A DNA stretch of 64,000 nt from an uncultured Mycoplasmatota bacterium (lineage in GTDB: Bacteria > Bacillota_I > Bacilli_A > RF39 > UBA660). Numbering within the stretch: position 1 is the stretch's first letter; every line of letters starts with the position of its first letter. The notes below the pieces were generated by a model. That model worked only from the letters and a program-made list of their open reading frames with translations, had not been told where the DNA came from and did not search any database. This document shows, in pieces, positions 9,822-18,701 of the stretch. The translations under genes were made by a program, and so were the position numbers. The DNA lies in the NCBI GenBank assembly GCA_947574255.1, contig CANPJT010000001.1, forward strand, positions 4,554 to 68,553, written 5' to 3'.

Positions 9822-9864
9822 ATATTTAAGTCTAAACTATTAAAAGTTCAGACAGATTTCCCAA

Positions 9865-9938
9865 TGGAGGGCCTAGTCGGATTTGAACCAACGATCAGGG
9901 AGTTGCAGTCCCACGCCTTACCACTTGGCTATAGACCC
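9865..9938 (-). tRNA. tRNA-Cys (anticodon GCA)
   Basis: Reverse complement GGGTCTATAGCCAAGTGGTAAGGCGTGGGACTGCAACTCCC...GGTTCAAATCCGACTAGGCCCTCCA: 7-bp acceptor stem, D-loop AGCCAAGTGGTAAGG, anticodon loop CTGCAAC, T-loop GGTTCAAATCC, CCA encoded. Confidence 0.85.
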
Positions 9939-9985
9939 ATATCAGAAAAACTTATAATATAAAATATAAATTTTTCTTGATTAAT

Positions 9986-10014
9986 ATTTTAATATAAAAC
10001 TATCTATTTGTCAA
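9986..10014 (-). promoter_or_regulatory. Sigma-A-like promoter upstream of tRNA-Cys (TTGACA-17-TAAAAT)
   Basis: Minus-sense TTGACAaatagatagttttatatTAAAAT, about 45 nt upstream of the tRNA 5' end. Confidence 0.35.
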
Positions 10015-10046
10015 AATATTATATGATCATAAATTAATATTTATTC

Positions 10047-11654
10047 TTATTTTAATTTAATTCGATATCTTTGATTTCTAATAGTTACTAAAAGATTTAT
10101 ACTATCTGCTTTATTAACTTCGTCTCGTAATTCAAAAACTAACTTATTTTTTAATTTATCAGTAGTTCGATTTTTTAAGCTAAGTATTTTAGTAGTTTCA
10201 GCATTTTTATATTCAATAGATAAAAAATTATCAAAAAATTTATTATCTGATCTTATATTATTAGAATAAATAGTTGTTTTATCTAAATTATAGTCAATAT
10301 CTAATACTAAAAGAGTAGTTTTTTCAATAATGCCTAATTTATCAGTAGTAATCATATCTTTTAAGGTTGTACATTTATTTTCACTATAACATTGATTATA
10401 ATCATATATATAACTATTAGTTAATTGATAATTATTAACTTTAAAAGTTGTATATCCTACTGCAGTATTTTTTAAATTAATTGTTTTGCCCATTTCATAA
10501 GTGTCTAAATCTTCTATATTCATTATTTTAGATGGTTTTAATTCTATAATTTTATATTTAGGAGTTATATCTCCAACTTTATATTCTAAACTTTCTAAAA
10601 TCTTTATTTCATATTTATTTTGAAGTTCTGTTTTATCTAATTCATAAACCAAGGCATAAGTATTAGAACTTTCCTTTTTTATTTTTTCATTATTATAGGG
10701 TTTAGCATAATCAATAAAGTATTCTCCTCTATCTATAGTAGGATAAATATTTTTATTATTAACAACTAACCTAAAGTTAGTATGATCAAAGTCATAACTA
10801 GTTGTGGAATGATTTTCAATAAATAATTTTAATACTAAATAATATTTATCTTTATTTATGATATTACCATCATAGCTCATCTGAGTAAGCATACTATCTT
10901 TTATTTCGATGTTAAAAAAATTATGAGTCATTTTATCTGTAACATGATAAGTTTTATTATAGACTTCAAAATGCATATAAAGCATCGTTCCAATAGTAAT
11001 AATTATTACAACCAGAATACAACTAAAAATAAATATATTTTCTTTAATGTAATAAGTAAATTCACGAATAAATCTTCTAGCAGTTCTTTTAACTTTGTAC
11101 CCTTCAACATTAACCAAGAATTCAAATTCTTCAGAATCAATATCTGTTATTTCTAAATCCTTTAAATCATTAGCAAAATTAAATTGCTTTATATCAAAAC
11201 CAATTCCTCTTATTAAAACATATATAAAAAAGAAGTATTGGGGCAGACAAACAATAAATGATATATCTCTGTATGCTCTTGCAGTTTGAGCAGTTATTAG
11301 GTCTGTTTCCATTCCACTTAAAATACTGTGAGCAATTCCAATTAAAACAAATAAAGTAATATAGTATATTAAAGTAAAAAAATATAATTTAGTTGATTTG
11401 TCTTTTTGACGCATTAAATAATAAATTGCTATTACAGCACTTAATATTAAAATGACTGAAAGATACATGAAAACATTAATATGTTCTCCAGCAATATTTA
11501 CAATAGTTGTGGAATAACTATTTGTTACATATGATCTAAAAAAAGTAACTACTTTATACGTTTTATTAATAAGATACCCAATTGGTAATAAAAGTAATAA
11601 ATGAATTATACGAAAGTGTTTAATTAGAAAAGCATAGGGTTTTTTTAGTATCAT
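10047..11654 (-). CDS. Polytopic membrane protein with a large (about 300 aa) extracytoplasmic C-terminal region, unknown function
   Basis: Five to six hydrophobic helices in the N-terminal 230 aa. No recognisable motifs. Confidence 0.5.
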   Translation of the reverse strand: MILKKPYAFLIKHFRIIHLLLLLPIGYLINKTYKVVTFFRSYVTNSYSTTIVNIAGEHINVFMYLSVILILSAVIAIYYLMRQKDKSTKLYFFTLIYYITLFVLIGIAHSILSGMETDLITAQTARAYRDISFIVCLPQYFFFIYVLIRGIGFDIKQFNFANDLKDLEITDIDSEEFEFLVNVEGYKVKRTARRFIREFTYYIKENIFIFSCILVVIIITIGTMLYMHFEVYNKTYHVTDKMTHNFFNIEIKDSMLTQMSYDGNIINKDKYYLVLKLFIENHSTTSYDFDHTNFRLVVNNKNIYPTIDRGEYFIDYAKPYNNEKIKKESSNTYALVYELDKTELQNKYEIKILESLEYKVGDITPKYKIIELKPSKIMNIEDLDTYEMGKTINLKNTAVGYTTFKVNNYQLTNSYIYDYNQCYSENKCTTLKDMITTDKLGIIEKTTLLVLDIDYNLDKTTIYSNNIRSDNKFFDNFLSIEYKNAETTKILSLKNRTTDKLKNKLVFELRDEVNKADSINLLVTIRNQRYRIKLK

Positions 11655-11715
11655 TAATCTCTCCCTCTTTCATTTAAGATTGTAACACAAAAAAAATATG
11701 ATGCAAAGTCATATT

Positions 11716-12168
11716 TTATTTATTTTTCTTAACTATTATTTGTCCTGATAGTAAATAAATTATAGGATTATTGTTTAGAAGTTCATTTTTATTTGTTTTA
11801 AATATATCAGAGACTGTATCTATTGTATCGCCTTCTTTAGTTATATAATAACTATATCCACTTTTAGGAATTAATATTTCTTGATTAGGGTAAATATAAT
11901 CATCTGAATCTAAACCATTCATACTTGCTAATAATTCAGGATTTATATTATATTTTCTTGCTATTTTATAAAGACTATCACCTTGTTCAATAACATAATA
12001 ATTAAAGTATTGGTCTTTATTTTTAGGAACTATTATATCTGATCCAGCTCTTAATTGATCATCTAAATATATGTTATTTATATCTTTTAAAATTTCTACA
12101 TTTGTATTAAACATTTTAGCTATACTTTCTATATTTTCACCTTTTTTCAAAGAATATCTATCGAACAT
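11716..12168 (-). CDS. Triple-LysM protein without a signal peptide (spore coat/cortex-type LysM protein)
   Basis: Three LysM repeats (GENIESIAKMFNTNVEIL..., GDSLYKIARKYNINPELL..., GDTIDTVSDIFKTNKNELL...). No N-terminal signal, as in SafA and SpoVID. Confidence 0.7.
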   Translation of the reverse strand: MFDRYSLKKGENIESIAKMFNTNVEILKDINNIYLDDQLRAGSDIIVPKNKDQYFNYYVIEQGDSLYKIARKYNINPELLASMNGLDSDDYIYPNQEILIPKSGYSYYITKEGDTIDTVSDIFKTNKNELLNNNPIIYLLSGQIIVKKNK

Positions 12169-12211
12169 ATTATCACTCCTAGTAATAAAGTATGCCTAAG
12201 ATTTTTTTGTG

Positions 12212-13330
12212 TTAAAAAATATAAATCATATTTTTATAATTGAAATTCCATTCAAAATAAGTCATTATTAAAATCTCACCATCTAATGGATTAAAAGTAT
12301 ATAACTTATCATCTACTAAATAGTATACTGTATCTTTATGAATGTCGATAATATCTTTAATTTCAAAGTTGCTAACTAAAGTTTTATATTCACCGTCCAT
12401 TAAATATAAACGATTATTTATAATTTTATAATCAAATAAATTTGGATTAGTAAAGCTATATTCCTGATTACTTAGTTTTGTTGTACTTATGTCTTCCCAT
12501 GTACCATTATTAAAAACTTTACCTTTGTTGTTTTTAGTTATGTCATTAATAGTAAGTTTTTTAGTATTAATTTCATATTCTTTTTTGTTTTTTTTGTCCA
12601 TCATATATATTTTATCTTTAAATTTTCCTAAAATATATGATTCAAAAGATAACTCTTTATTTGTTATGATTTCCTTTATTTTATTATTTTTAGCTTGTAT
12701 TATGTAAAATTTATTAAATTTATATTTACTACTATAGTCAGCAATTAATATATTTTTTTCACTTTTATAAGCAATTGGAATACTGTATATATCATCCTCA
12801 AAAATATTTATAGTTTTTTTATTTTTATTATTAATTACGTAAAATCCTTTATAATTCCAAATAAAATACTTTTTATCATTTAAATAATTTATGTTAATTT
12901 TATTATATTCATTATTAAGTGGTTTTATTTCATGATAATATTTTTTGGGAATTAATTCTTTATTATTAATTTGATGATAACTAATTAATTCGTTATTTTG
13001 AATGCATAAAGGATAAAAATTAATTTTTTTACTTTGGGGTATAATACAAACTGTATTATCATCTTTTTTTATTTCTATTTCATTAATAAGCTTTTTTTTA
13101 TAAATGTATTTATGCTCAATTTTAACTATATAATTATTATTATCAACATTTATTAAAAATTGATAGAGATTATTTTTTTTGTCATAACTTTCTGATATTT
13201 CATAAGATTCAAAATTATAATTTATAGTATAATTTTTACTACGGAAAAAATATAATAAAATTAAAAATATAAAGAATAAGAAAATTATTATTATAGTTTT
13301 TTTATATTTTAGTTTTTTCATCTTGAACAT
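12212..13330 (-). CDS. N-terminally membrane-anchored N/K/Y-rich protein, unknown function
   Basis: MFKMKKLKYKKTIIIIFLFFIFLILLYFF TM anchor. Overlaps the upstream PH-domain gene by 29 nt (same operon). Confidence 0.45.
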   Translation of the reverse strand: MFKMKKLKYKKTIIIIFLFFIFLILLYFFRSKNYTINYNFESYEISESYDKKNNLYQFLINVDNNNYIVKIEHKYIYKKKLINEIEIKKDDNTVCIIPQSKKINFYPLCIQNNELISYHQINNKELIPKKYYHEIKPLNNEYNKININYLNDKKYFIWNYKGFYVINNKNKKTINIFEDDIYSIPIAYKSEKNILIADYSSKYKFNKFYIIQAKNNKIKEIITNKELSFESYILGKFKDKIYMMDKKNKKEYEINTKKLTINDITKNNKGKVFNNGTWEDISTTKLSNQEYSFTNPNLFDYKIINNRLYLMDGEYKTLVSNFEIKDIIDIHKDTVYYLVDDKLYTFNPLDGEILIMTYFEWNFNYKNMIYIF

Positions 13331-13757
13331 ACTTTTGTTTTTCCTTTAACATGTATTCACTAATATTAGTTTCTATTTCTGGCAAACTTTTTTTCGATAG
13401 ATTTGTAATAATAACTAATTCTTTTGCAGTGTCTATTGTTATTTTACCAAAAAATATTCCAGAATTAACTTGCATATCATTGAATAAGTCAGGAGTTATT
13501 GTATTTAAAGAATATCCAAATAGTATATTTTTTTGACCAATCATAATTCGCTTTGTTGTAAGTGCAATTGCAGCTGTACAATATGAGTTTAAAGGATTAT
13601 CATTTAATTGCCCTGCAAAAGCATATAATACTTCTTCTCCAGGATTTAAATGGCGCTCAATTACTTTACTGTGTTTTTTGACACGCCACATTACAGTATT
13701 TTTATATTTTTTCTTAAACTTTTTTATTTGGTCATATACTGCACCCATAAAGATCAC
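13302..13757 (-). CDS. Bacterial PH-domain (bPH_2) protein
   Basis: HLNPGEEVLYAFAGQ...AAIALTTKRIMIG fits the bPH_2 pattern. Confidence 0.5.
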   Translation of the reverse strand: MIFMGAVYDQIKKFKKKYKNTVMWRVKKHSKVIERHLNPGEEVLYAFAGQLNDNPLNSYCTAAIALTTKRIMIGQKNILFGYSLNTITPDLFNDMQVNSGIFFGKITIDTAKELVIITNLSKKSLPEIETNISEYMLKEKQKYVQDEKTKI

Positions 13758-13809
13758 CTCTTTAATTTATTTTAACCTTTTTTATTATGAGAAGCAATAA
13801 AAAAGAATA

Positions 13810-15204
13810 CTAATATTTTATATTCATTTCGTCTTCATAAGAAACGGCTTTTATTGATTGAACAAATAAAATTTTTATTTCTTCACTTTTTTCTTGAATT
13901 AAAAAAGTTTCTACTTTTTTTACTAAATCTTGAAATATATCATTTATACTTAAGTCTTTTTCTAAATATTTTTGAATAATTTGATATAGACTTATTCCAA
14001 ACTGGTAATTTTTATGTTTGTATTCTTCAACAAATTCACTTTCATTAATTTTTTTCTGATAAGCTTCAATTGATTTCTTAGTTGAATATATTTGATGTTT
14101 TAATAATTTTTCATATTCTTCAACAGTAGCATTTTGTTCTAGCTCAAACAATAATTTTTTTTGAGTTTCTAAAGATGCTTCTTTAAATATACGTTCTTTA
14201 GCTTCTTTATATTCTCTTAAATATTCTTTTTCTAACAACTTAGGGTTTTGTAATATTTCTTTCATCTTTATTAATTGTTTTTGATATTTTTTTTCTTGTT
14301 CTATTTCAGATTTATAAGAGCTATAGCTTTCTAGTTTTAATAAACAATCTTGATAAGAACAGTTAAGAGAATCTTTTATAGTTTTCAAATTATTTTCAGG
14401 AATGCTTTTAATTAATAAAATTGTGGCAAGAGAAAATATCTCTGAAAAAAAATCTTTTTGAGATTCTGGTAGATAAGCAACGTTAAATTTACCTTGGCAA
14501 AAACTGTCAAACATATTTTTAGGTAAAGAAATTGATAATAACATGTATATTTGATAATAAAATTCATATTTGTAATTTTGAATATGTAATGCATCCCAAA
14601 AAACAAATGGTGAATGTATTTGTCCTTTAAATAGTCTTTCATGATATACAGCATTTCCTTCACGAAACATTTTACGCATATTAGTTGAATATGGATAAAT
14701 ACTAGGATAATAAAATCCTACTAAGTCTTGTTCAAGGTGAGTTAATTCATGATGAAAAGTTACAGTTAATTCTTCTTCTTTTTCTTTTAATAATTGAATC
14801 TCATATCCTAAACACCAACAAGCACCAATACAGTCGAAAAAATAATCACCATTTGAATCAATAACATATTTATTTTTTATTTTTTTTAATAGAAAATTCT
14901 TTTTATTGTTTTTAATTGGATAAACTGATGCTTGCTCTATTTGATTATAAAAATAATTAGATTTATCTTTTAATACTTCTTCAACATTAAATAGAGTTAA
15001 ATGGCGAACTTTTTCTAAAATCTGTAATTTCTTTTTTATATATTCTTCTAATGAAACTTGATTAAAAATATCTAAATTGGGATTATAATATATGATTAGT
15101 TCAAACAGCCATTTTTTTAATAATTGTTTTAATTCTGCATTGTAATTTTTTTCGAAACATATTCTTTCTAATTCTACATAATATTTTTTATAAATTGCTG
15201 GCAT
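13810..15204 (-). CDS. Putative HExxH zinc-metallopeptidase-like protein, paralog B (464 aa, coiled-coil-rich C-terminal half)
   Basis: GACWCLGYEIQLLKEKEEELTVTFHHELTHLEQD...MFREGNAVYH: HExxH plus a downstream Glu, as in gluzincin/ImmA-like folds. Same N-terminus (YVELERIC.EKN) as the partial ORF at 1..1079. Confidence 0.55.
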   Translation of the reverse strand: MPAIYKKYYVELERICFEKNYNAELKQLLKKWLFELIIYYNPNLDIFNQVSLEEYIKKKLQILEKVRHLTLFNVEEVLKDKSNYFYNQIEQASVYPIKNNKKNFLLKKIKNKYVIDSNGDYFFDCIGACWCLGYEIQLLKEKEEELTVTFHHELTHLEQDLVGFYYPSIYPYSTNMRKMFREGNAVYHERLFKGQIHSPFVFWDALHIQNYKYEFYYQIYMLLSISLPKNMFDSFCQGKFNVAYLPESQKDFFSEIFSLATILLIKSIPENNLKTIKDSLNCSYQDCLLKLESYSSYKSEIEQEKKYQKQLIKMKEILQNPKLLEKEYLREYKEAKERIFKEASLETQKKLLFELEQNATVEEYEKLLKHQIYSTKKSIEAYQKKINESEFVEEYKHKNYQFGISLYQIIQKYLEKDLSINDIFQDLVKKVETFLIQEKSEEIKILFVQSIKAVSYEDEMNIKY

Positions 15205-15394
15205 TTATATCCTCTAACATTGCTTGATATAACAAAGGTTCTTTTTCTTTTATTTTAATTATTATTCGTAGTTTTGTTTCTTTAGATATTGTAGAATTAG
15301 TTAACATTAAAGAATTAAATTCATCTATAGTTTCATAAAAAAAGTCTATATTTTGACACAATTTACGATATTTTAATTTTAATTTTTCACTCAT
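15188..15394 (-). CDS. Small (68 aa) partner protein of the HExxH module, paralog B
   Basis: Paralog of 1063..1278. Strong SD AAGGAG. Overlaps the downstream ORF by 17 nt. Sits 35 nt after the rplQ stop with no intervening terminator. Confidence 0.5.
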   Translation of the reverse strand: MSEKLKLKYRKLCQNIDFFYETIDEFNSLMLTNSTISKETKLRIIIKIKEKEPLLYQAMLEDINASNL

Positions 15395-15429
15395 AATTAT
15401 ACTCCTTACATAAAAAAATTAGTTTAAAT

Positions 15430-15771
15430 TTAAACTAACTCTATTCTTACAGTTAACGCATCATCGCCAACTCTTTCTTTTAATTTAATAATTCTTGTAT
15501 ATCCCCCATTACGTGTTTCATAACGATGAGCAAGTTCATTAAAAACTTTATCAACACATTCTTTATTGTTATAAACAAAAGCTAGAGCTTTACGACGAGA
15601 TACTAAAGTACCGCGTTTACCGTATGTAATCATCTTATCTACAAATTTTCTTACTTCTTTTGCCTTTGCTTCAGTTGTTGTAATTCCTTCATTCATAATA
15701 ACATCAACAGTAAGTCCTGCAAAAACACTATGTCTTTGTCTTGTTTCTCTACCAATTTTTCTATATGCCAT
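15430..15771 (-). CDS. rplQ: 50S ribosomal protein L17
   Basis: Conserved L17 sequence, 113 aa. Confidence 0.95.
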   Translation of the reverse strand: MAYRKIGRETRQRHSVFAGLTVDVIMNEGITTTEAKAKEVRKFVDKMITYGKRGTLVSRRKALAFVYNNKECVDKVFNELAHRYETRNGGYTRIIKLKERVGDDALTVRIELV

Positions 15772-15783
15772 ACAATTACCTCC

Positions 15784-16728
15784 TTAATCTCGGAACTTAA
15801 GTCCCATTTCGACAACTTTATCCAATACTTCTTTGAGTGATTTTTTACCTAAATTTCGAATTTTTGTAACTTCTATTTCTCTTTTAGATATAAGATCTTG
15901 AACAGTATGAATTCCAGCTCTTTTTAAACAGTTATATGCTCTTACAGAAAATTCTATTTCTTCAATTGGAGTTTCTAAAGTTTTTGTAATAGTATCAACT
16001 TTCTTTTCTGCCATTAGTCCTGAAATATCACTAATAGAGTTTAAATCTGCGATAATATTAAAATGTTCAATTAATATTTTAGCTGATAGAGCCATACATT
16101 CTTCTGGAGTAATACTACCATTAGTGTTTATATGCATTATTAATTTATCGTAGTTTTCATTATGTCCTACACGAGCATTTTCAGTTTCGAAAGCAACTTT
16201 TTCTACTGGTGAATACAGAGAGTCAATTGCTATTACTCCTACTTTTTTGCTATCAAATTTAGCTTGGTTTTCTTTAGCATCGACATAACCTTTACCATTT
16301 GATACAGTCATTTCCATATCAATTTTTCCACCTTCAACTAAATTACAAATTACTAAATCTTTATTAACTATTTCTAAATCAGCATCGCATTCAATTTCTC
16401 CTGCAAGTACAGGTCCTGGTGTTGATTTAGAAATTCTTATTACTTTATCTTCTTCTGTATGATTTTTTAAAACTACGCTTTTTAGAGCCAAAATAATACT
16501 AGTTACATCTTCATAAACACCTTCTATTTTTTGAAATTCATGAAGTACGCCTTCTATTTTAACGCTTGTTATTGCACAACCTGGTAAGCTTGATAACATT
16601 ACTCTACGTAAAGCATTACCTATTGTTGTTCCAAATCCTCTTTCAAGTGGCTCTAATTCAAATTTCCCATAATGAGCATCTGCTGCATATTCTGTTATTT
16701 TATATTCTGGTTTCTCAAATTTAATCAT
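15784..16728 (-). CDS. rpoA: DNA-directed RNA polymerase subunit alpha
   Basis: 314 aa with RpoA N- and C-terminal domains. Confidence 0.95.
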   Translation of the reverse strand: MIKFEKPEYKITEYAADAHYGKFELEPLERGFGTTIGNALRRVMLSSLPGCAITSVKIEGVLHEFQKIEGVYEDVTSIILALKSVVLKNHTEEDKVIRISKSTPGPVLAGEIECDADLEIVNKDLVICNLVEGGKIDMEMTVSNGKGYVDAKENQAKFDSKKVGVIAIDSLYSPVEKVAFETENARVGHNENYDKLIMHINTNGSITPEECMALSAKILIEHFNIIADLNSISDISGLMAEKKVDTITKTLETPIEEIEFSVRAYNCLKRAGIHTVQDLISKREIEVTKIRNLGKKSLKEVLDKVVEMGLKFRD

Positions 16729-16750
16729 ATACTATTCTTCCTTTCCCCAA

Positions 16751-17134
16751 CTAATTTCTAGGACGTTTTGGTGGACGACAACCATTATGTGGTACTGGAG
16801 TTTTATCAGCCATACTTCTTACTTCAAGACCAGCTCCTTGTAAAGCACGAATTGCATTTTCACGTGCAGGACCAAGTCCCATTGTTTCAACATCAACAAT
16901 TTTAACACCTTGATCAATCGCTGTTTTAGCTGCTGCTTCAGCTGCTACTCCACCCGCATATGGAGTTTTCTTTTTTGAACCTTTATATCCAATTGTTCCT
17001 GATGATGCCCAACAAATTACATTTCCATCTTTATCTGCAAATGTTACTATTGTATTATTGTAAGTTGATTGAATATGAACAATAGCTTCTGGAATATTTT
17101 TTTTAACTTTTCTTTTTCTTCTGTTATATGCCAT
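16751..17134 (-). CDS. rpsK: 30S ribosomal protein S11
   Basis: Conserved S11 sequence. Confidence 0.95.
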   Translation of the reverse strand: MAYNRRKRKVKKNIPEAIVHIQSTYNNTIVTFADKDGNVICWASSGTIGYKGSKKKTPYAGGVAAEAAAKTAIDQGVKIVDVETMGLGPARENAIRALQGAGLEVRSMADKTPVPHNGCRPPKRPRN

Positions 17135-17146
17135 GATTTTTACCTC

Positions 17147-17521
17147 CTATTTACCTACTTTTTTCTTATTTGCTACTACTTTTCCTTTACCCTTACGAGT
17201 ACGTGCATTTCTGCTAGTTCTTTGTCCTCTTACAGGTAATCCTTTTTTATGTCTAATTCCTTGATAGCAATTAATTTCCATTTTATTTTTGATTGCCATT
17301 TGAGTATCACGACGTAAGTCTCCTTCAACATCATAATTATCAATTTCCTTACGTAATGCAGCAATTTCATTATCTGTTAAATCTTTAATTTTTTTTGTAG
17401 GCTCAACTTTAGCAGATTCACAAATAGTTAATGCTAAATTTCTTCCTATACCATAAATAGCTGTTAATCCAATACAAACATGCTTTTCATTTGGTAATTC
17501 AATATTTTTAATTCTTGCCAT
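17147..17521 (-). CDS. rpsM: 30S ribosomal protein S13
   Basis: Conserved S13 sequence. Confidence 0.95.
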   Translation of the reverse strand: MARIKNIELPNEKHVCIGLTAIYGIGRNLALTICESAKVEPTKKIKDLTDNEIAALRKEIDNYDVEGDLRRDTQMAIKNKMEINCYQGIRHKKGLPVRGQRTSRNARTRKGKGKVVANKKKVGK

Positions 17522-17529
17522 ATTTCCTC

Positions 17530-17646
17530 CTATTTACCTTGGGTTTGTTTGTGTTTTTTATTTTCACAAATAACCATTACTTTTCCTTTTCTTTTAATTT
17601 TTTTACATTTGTTACATATTGGCTTTACTGATGCTCTTACTTTCAT
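17530..17646 (-). CDS. rpmJ: 50S ribosomal protein L36 (not in the ORF track, below 60 aa)
   Basis: Manual translation gives [38 protein letters not shown], the classic L36 sequence with a CxxC...C..H zinc ribbon. Confidence 0.85.
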   Translation of the reverse strand: MKVRASVKPICNKCKKIKRKGKVMVICENKKHKQTQGK

Positions 17647-17660
17647 TTTTTATACCTCCA

Positions 17661-17936
17661 TTATCTTTTGTTCCATGTTATACGCCCACGTGTTAAATCA
17701 TAAGGCGATAGTTCAATGGTTACTGTATCACCTGGTAAAATACGTATCATATTAACGCGCATTTTACCAGAAACGTAGGCTTCTACAGTATGACCATTTG
17801 AAAGTTCAACAATGTATTTCATACCTTTTACAACATCTATAACTTTGCCTTCTACTTCAATTTTATCACTCTTATTTTGAGTTCCTTTATTTGAAGCAGT
17901 ACTTCTATTTTTATTTTGTATATTTTTTTTCGCCAT
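17661..17936 (-). CDS. infA: Translation initiation factor IF-1, with a roughly 19-aa N-terminal N/K-rich extension
   Basis: ...[36 protein letters not shown]... is an IF-1 S1-like domain. There is no internal Met to shorten the extension. Confidence 0.85.
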   Translation of the reverse strand: MAKKNIQNKNRSTASNKGTQNKSDKIEVEGKVIDVVKGMKYIVELSNGHTVEAYVSGKMRVNMIRILPGDTVTIELSPYDLTRGRITWNKR

Positions 17937-17939
17937 ATT

Positions 17940-18701
17940 TTATTCTCCTGTTAAAATTTCATATCCATCTTTTGTTACTAATACAGTATGTTCAAAATGG
18001 GCTGATGGTAGTCCATCTTCTGTTACTATTACCCAATCATCTTGATCAGTTAAACAAACATCTTTAGTACCAAGATTTAACATCGGTTCAATAGCAATTG
18101 TCATACCTTCTTTTAAAATAATACCTTTTCCTTCTTCTCCAAAATTTGGAACATCTGGTTCTTCATGAATACTACTCCCAATGCCATGACCAACTAAATC
18201 TTTAACTACACTTAATTGTTTTTTTTTGGCAAACTCTTCAATTGCGTGACTAATGTCACCAATTTTTACTCCACTTTTTACTTTACTTATTCCTCGATAT
18301 AAAGCTTTTTCAGTATTTTTTACTAAGTCCTCTACTTCTTTTGAAACGTCGCCAATAATATAAGTTCTAGCGGCATCAGAATGATATCCTTTATACCCTA
18401 CGCAAAGATCAATAGATACAATGTCATGTTCTTTGAGTTTTCTATTGCTTGGGATCCCATGAACTACTTCATCATTTATAGAAACACATATACTTTTAGG
18501 ATATCCTTCATAATTCAAGCATGAAGGAACACAATTATTTTTGGTAATAAAATCATATGCTATTTTATCCAATTGTTCTGTAGTAACTCCTACTTTTATA
18601 TGTTTTTTTATTTCTTCGTGAGTTAAATAATTAATATGTCCTGCATAACGCATAAGTTCTATTTCACGACTACTTTTGATATTAATCATTAAATTCACCA
18701 A
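17940..18701 (-). CDS. map: Methionine aminopeptidase type I
   Basis: Conserved MAP metal-binding residues, 253 aa. Confidence 0.9.
   Translation of the reverse strand: MVNLMINIKSSREIELMRYAGHINYLTHEEIKKHIKVGVTTEQLDKIAYDFITKNNCVPSCLNYEGYPKSICVSINDEVVHGIPSNRKLKEHDIVSIDLCVGYKGYHSDAARTYIIGDVSKEVEDLVKNTEKALYRGISKVKSGVKIGDISHAIEEFAKKKQLSVVKDLVGHGIGSSIHEEPDVPNFGEEGKGIILKEGMTIAIEPMLNLGTKDVCLTDQDDWVIVTEDGLPSAHFEHTVLVTKDGYEILTGE

Noticed and set aside
14412-14663. 83-aa minus-strand ORF inside the HExxH paralog B gene (other frame)
   Set aside because: It is fully nested in an alternative frame of a longer, better-supported ORF.
1-15394. Accessory segment as an integrated mobile element (tRNA gene, flanking direct paralogous modules)
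   Set aside because: No integrase, recombinase, transposase, relaxase or phage genes. The flanking copies are diverged paralogous genes, not attachment-site repeats. The tRNA-Cys is internal, not at a boundary.
15421-15436. Palindrome AGTTTAAATTTAAACT just downstream of rplQ as a possible terminator
   Set aside because: Pure A/T content, no loop and no following U-tract make it unlikely to terminate. It is treated as absent, which supports read-through into module B.
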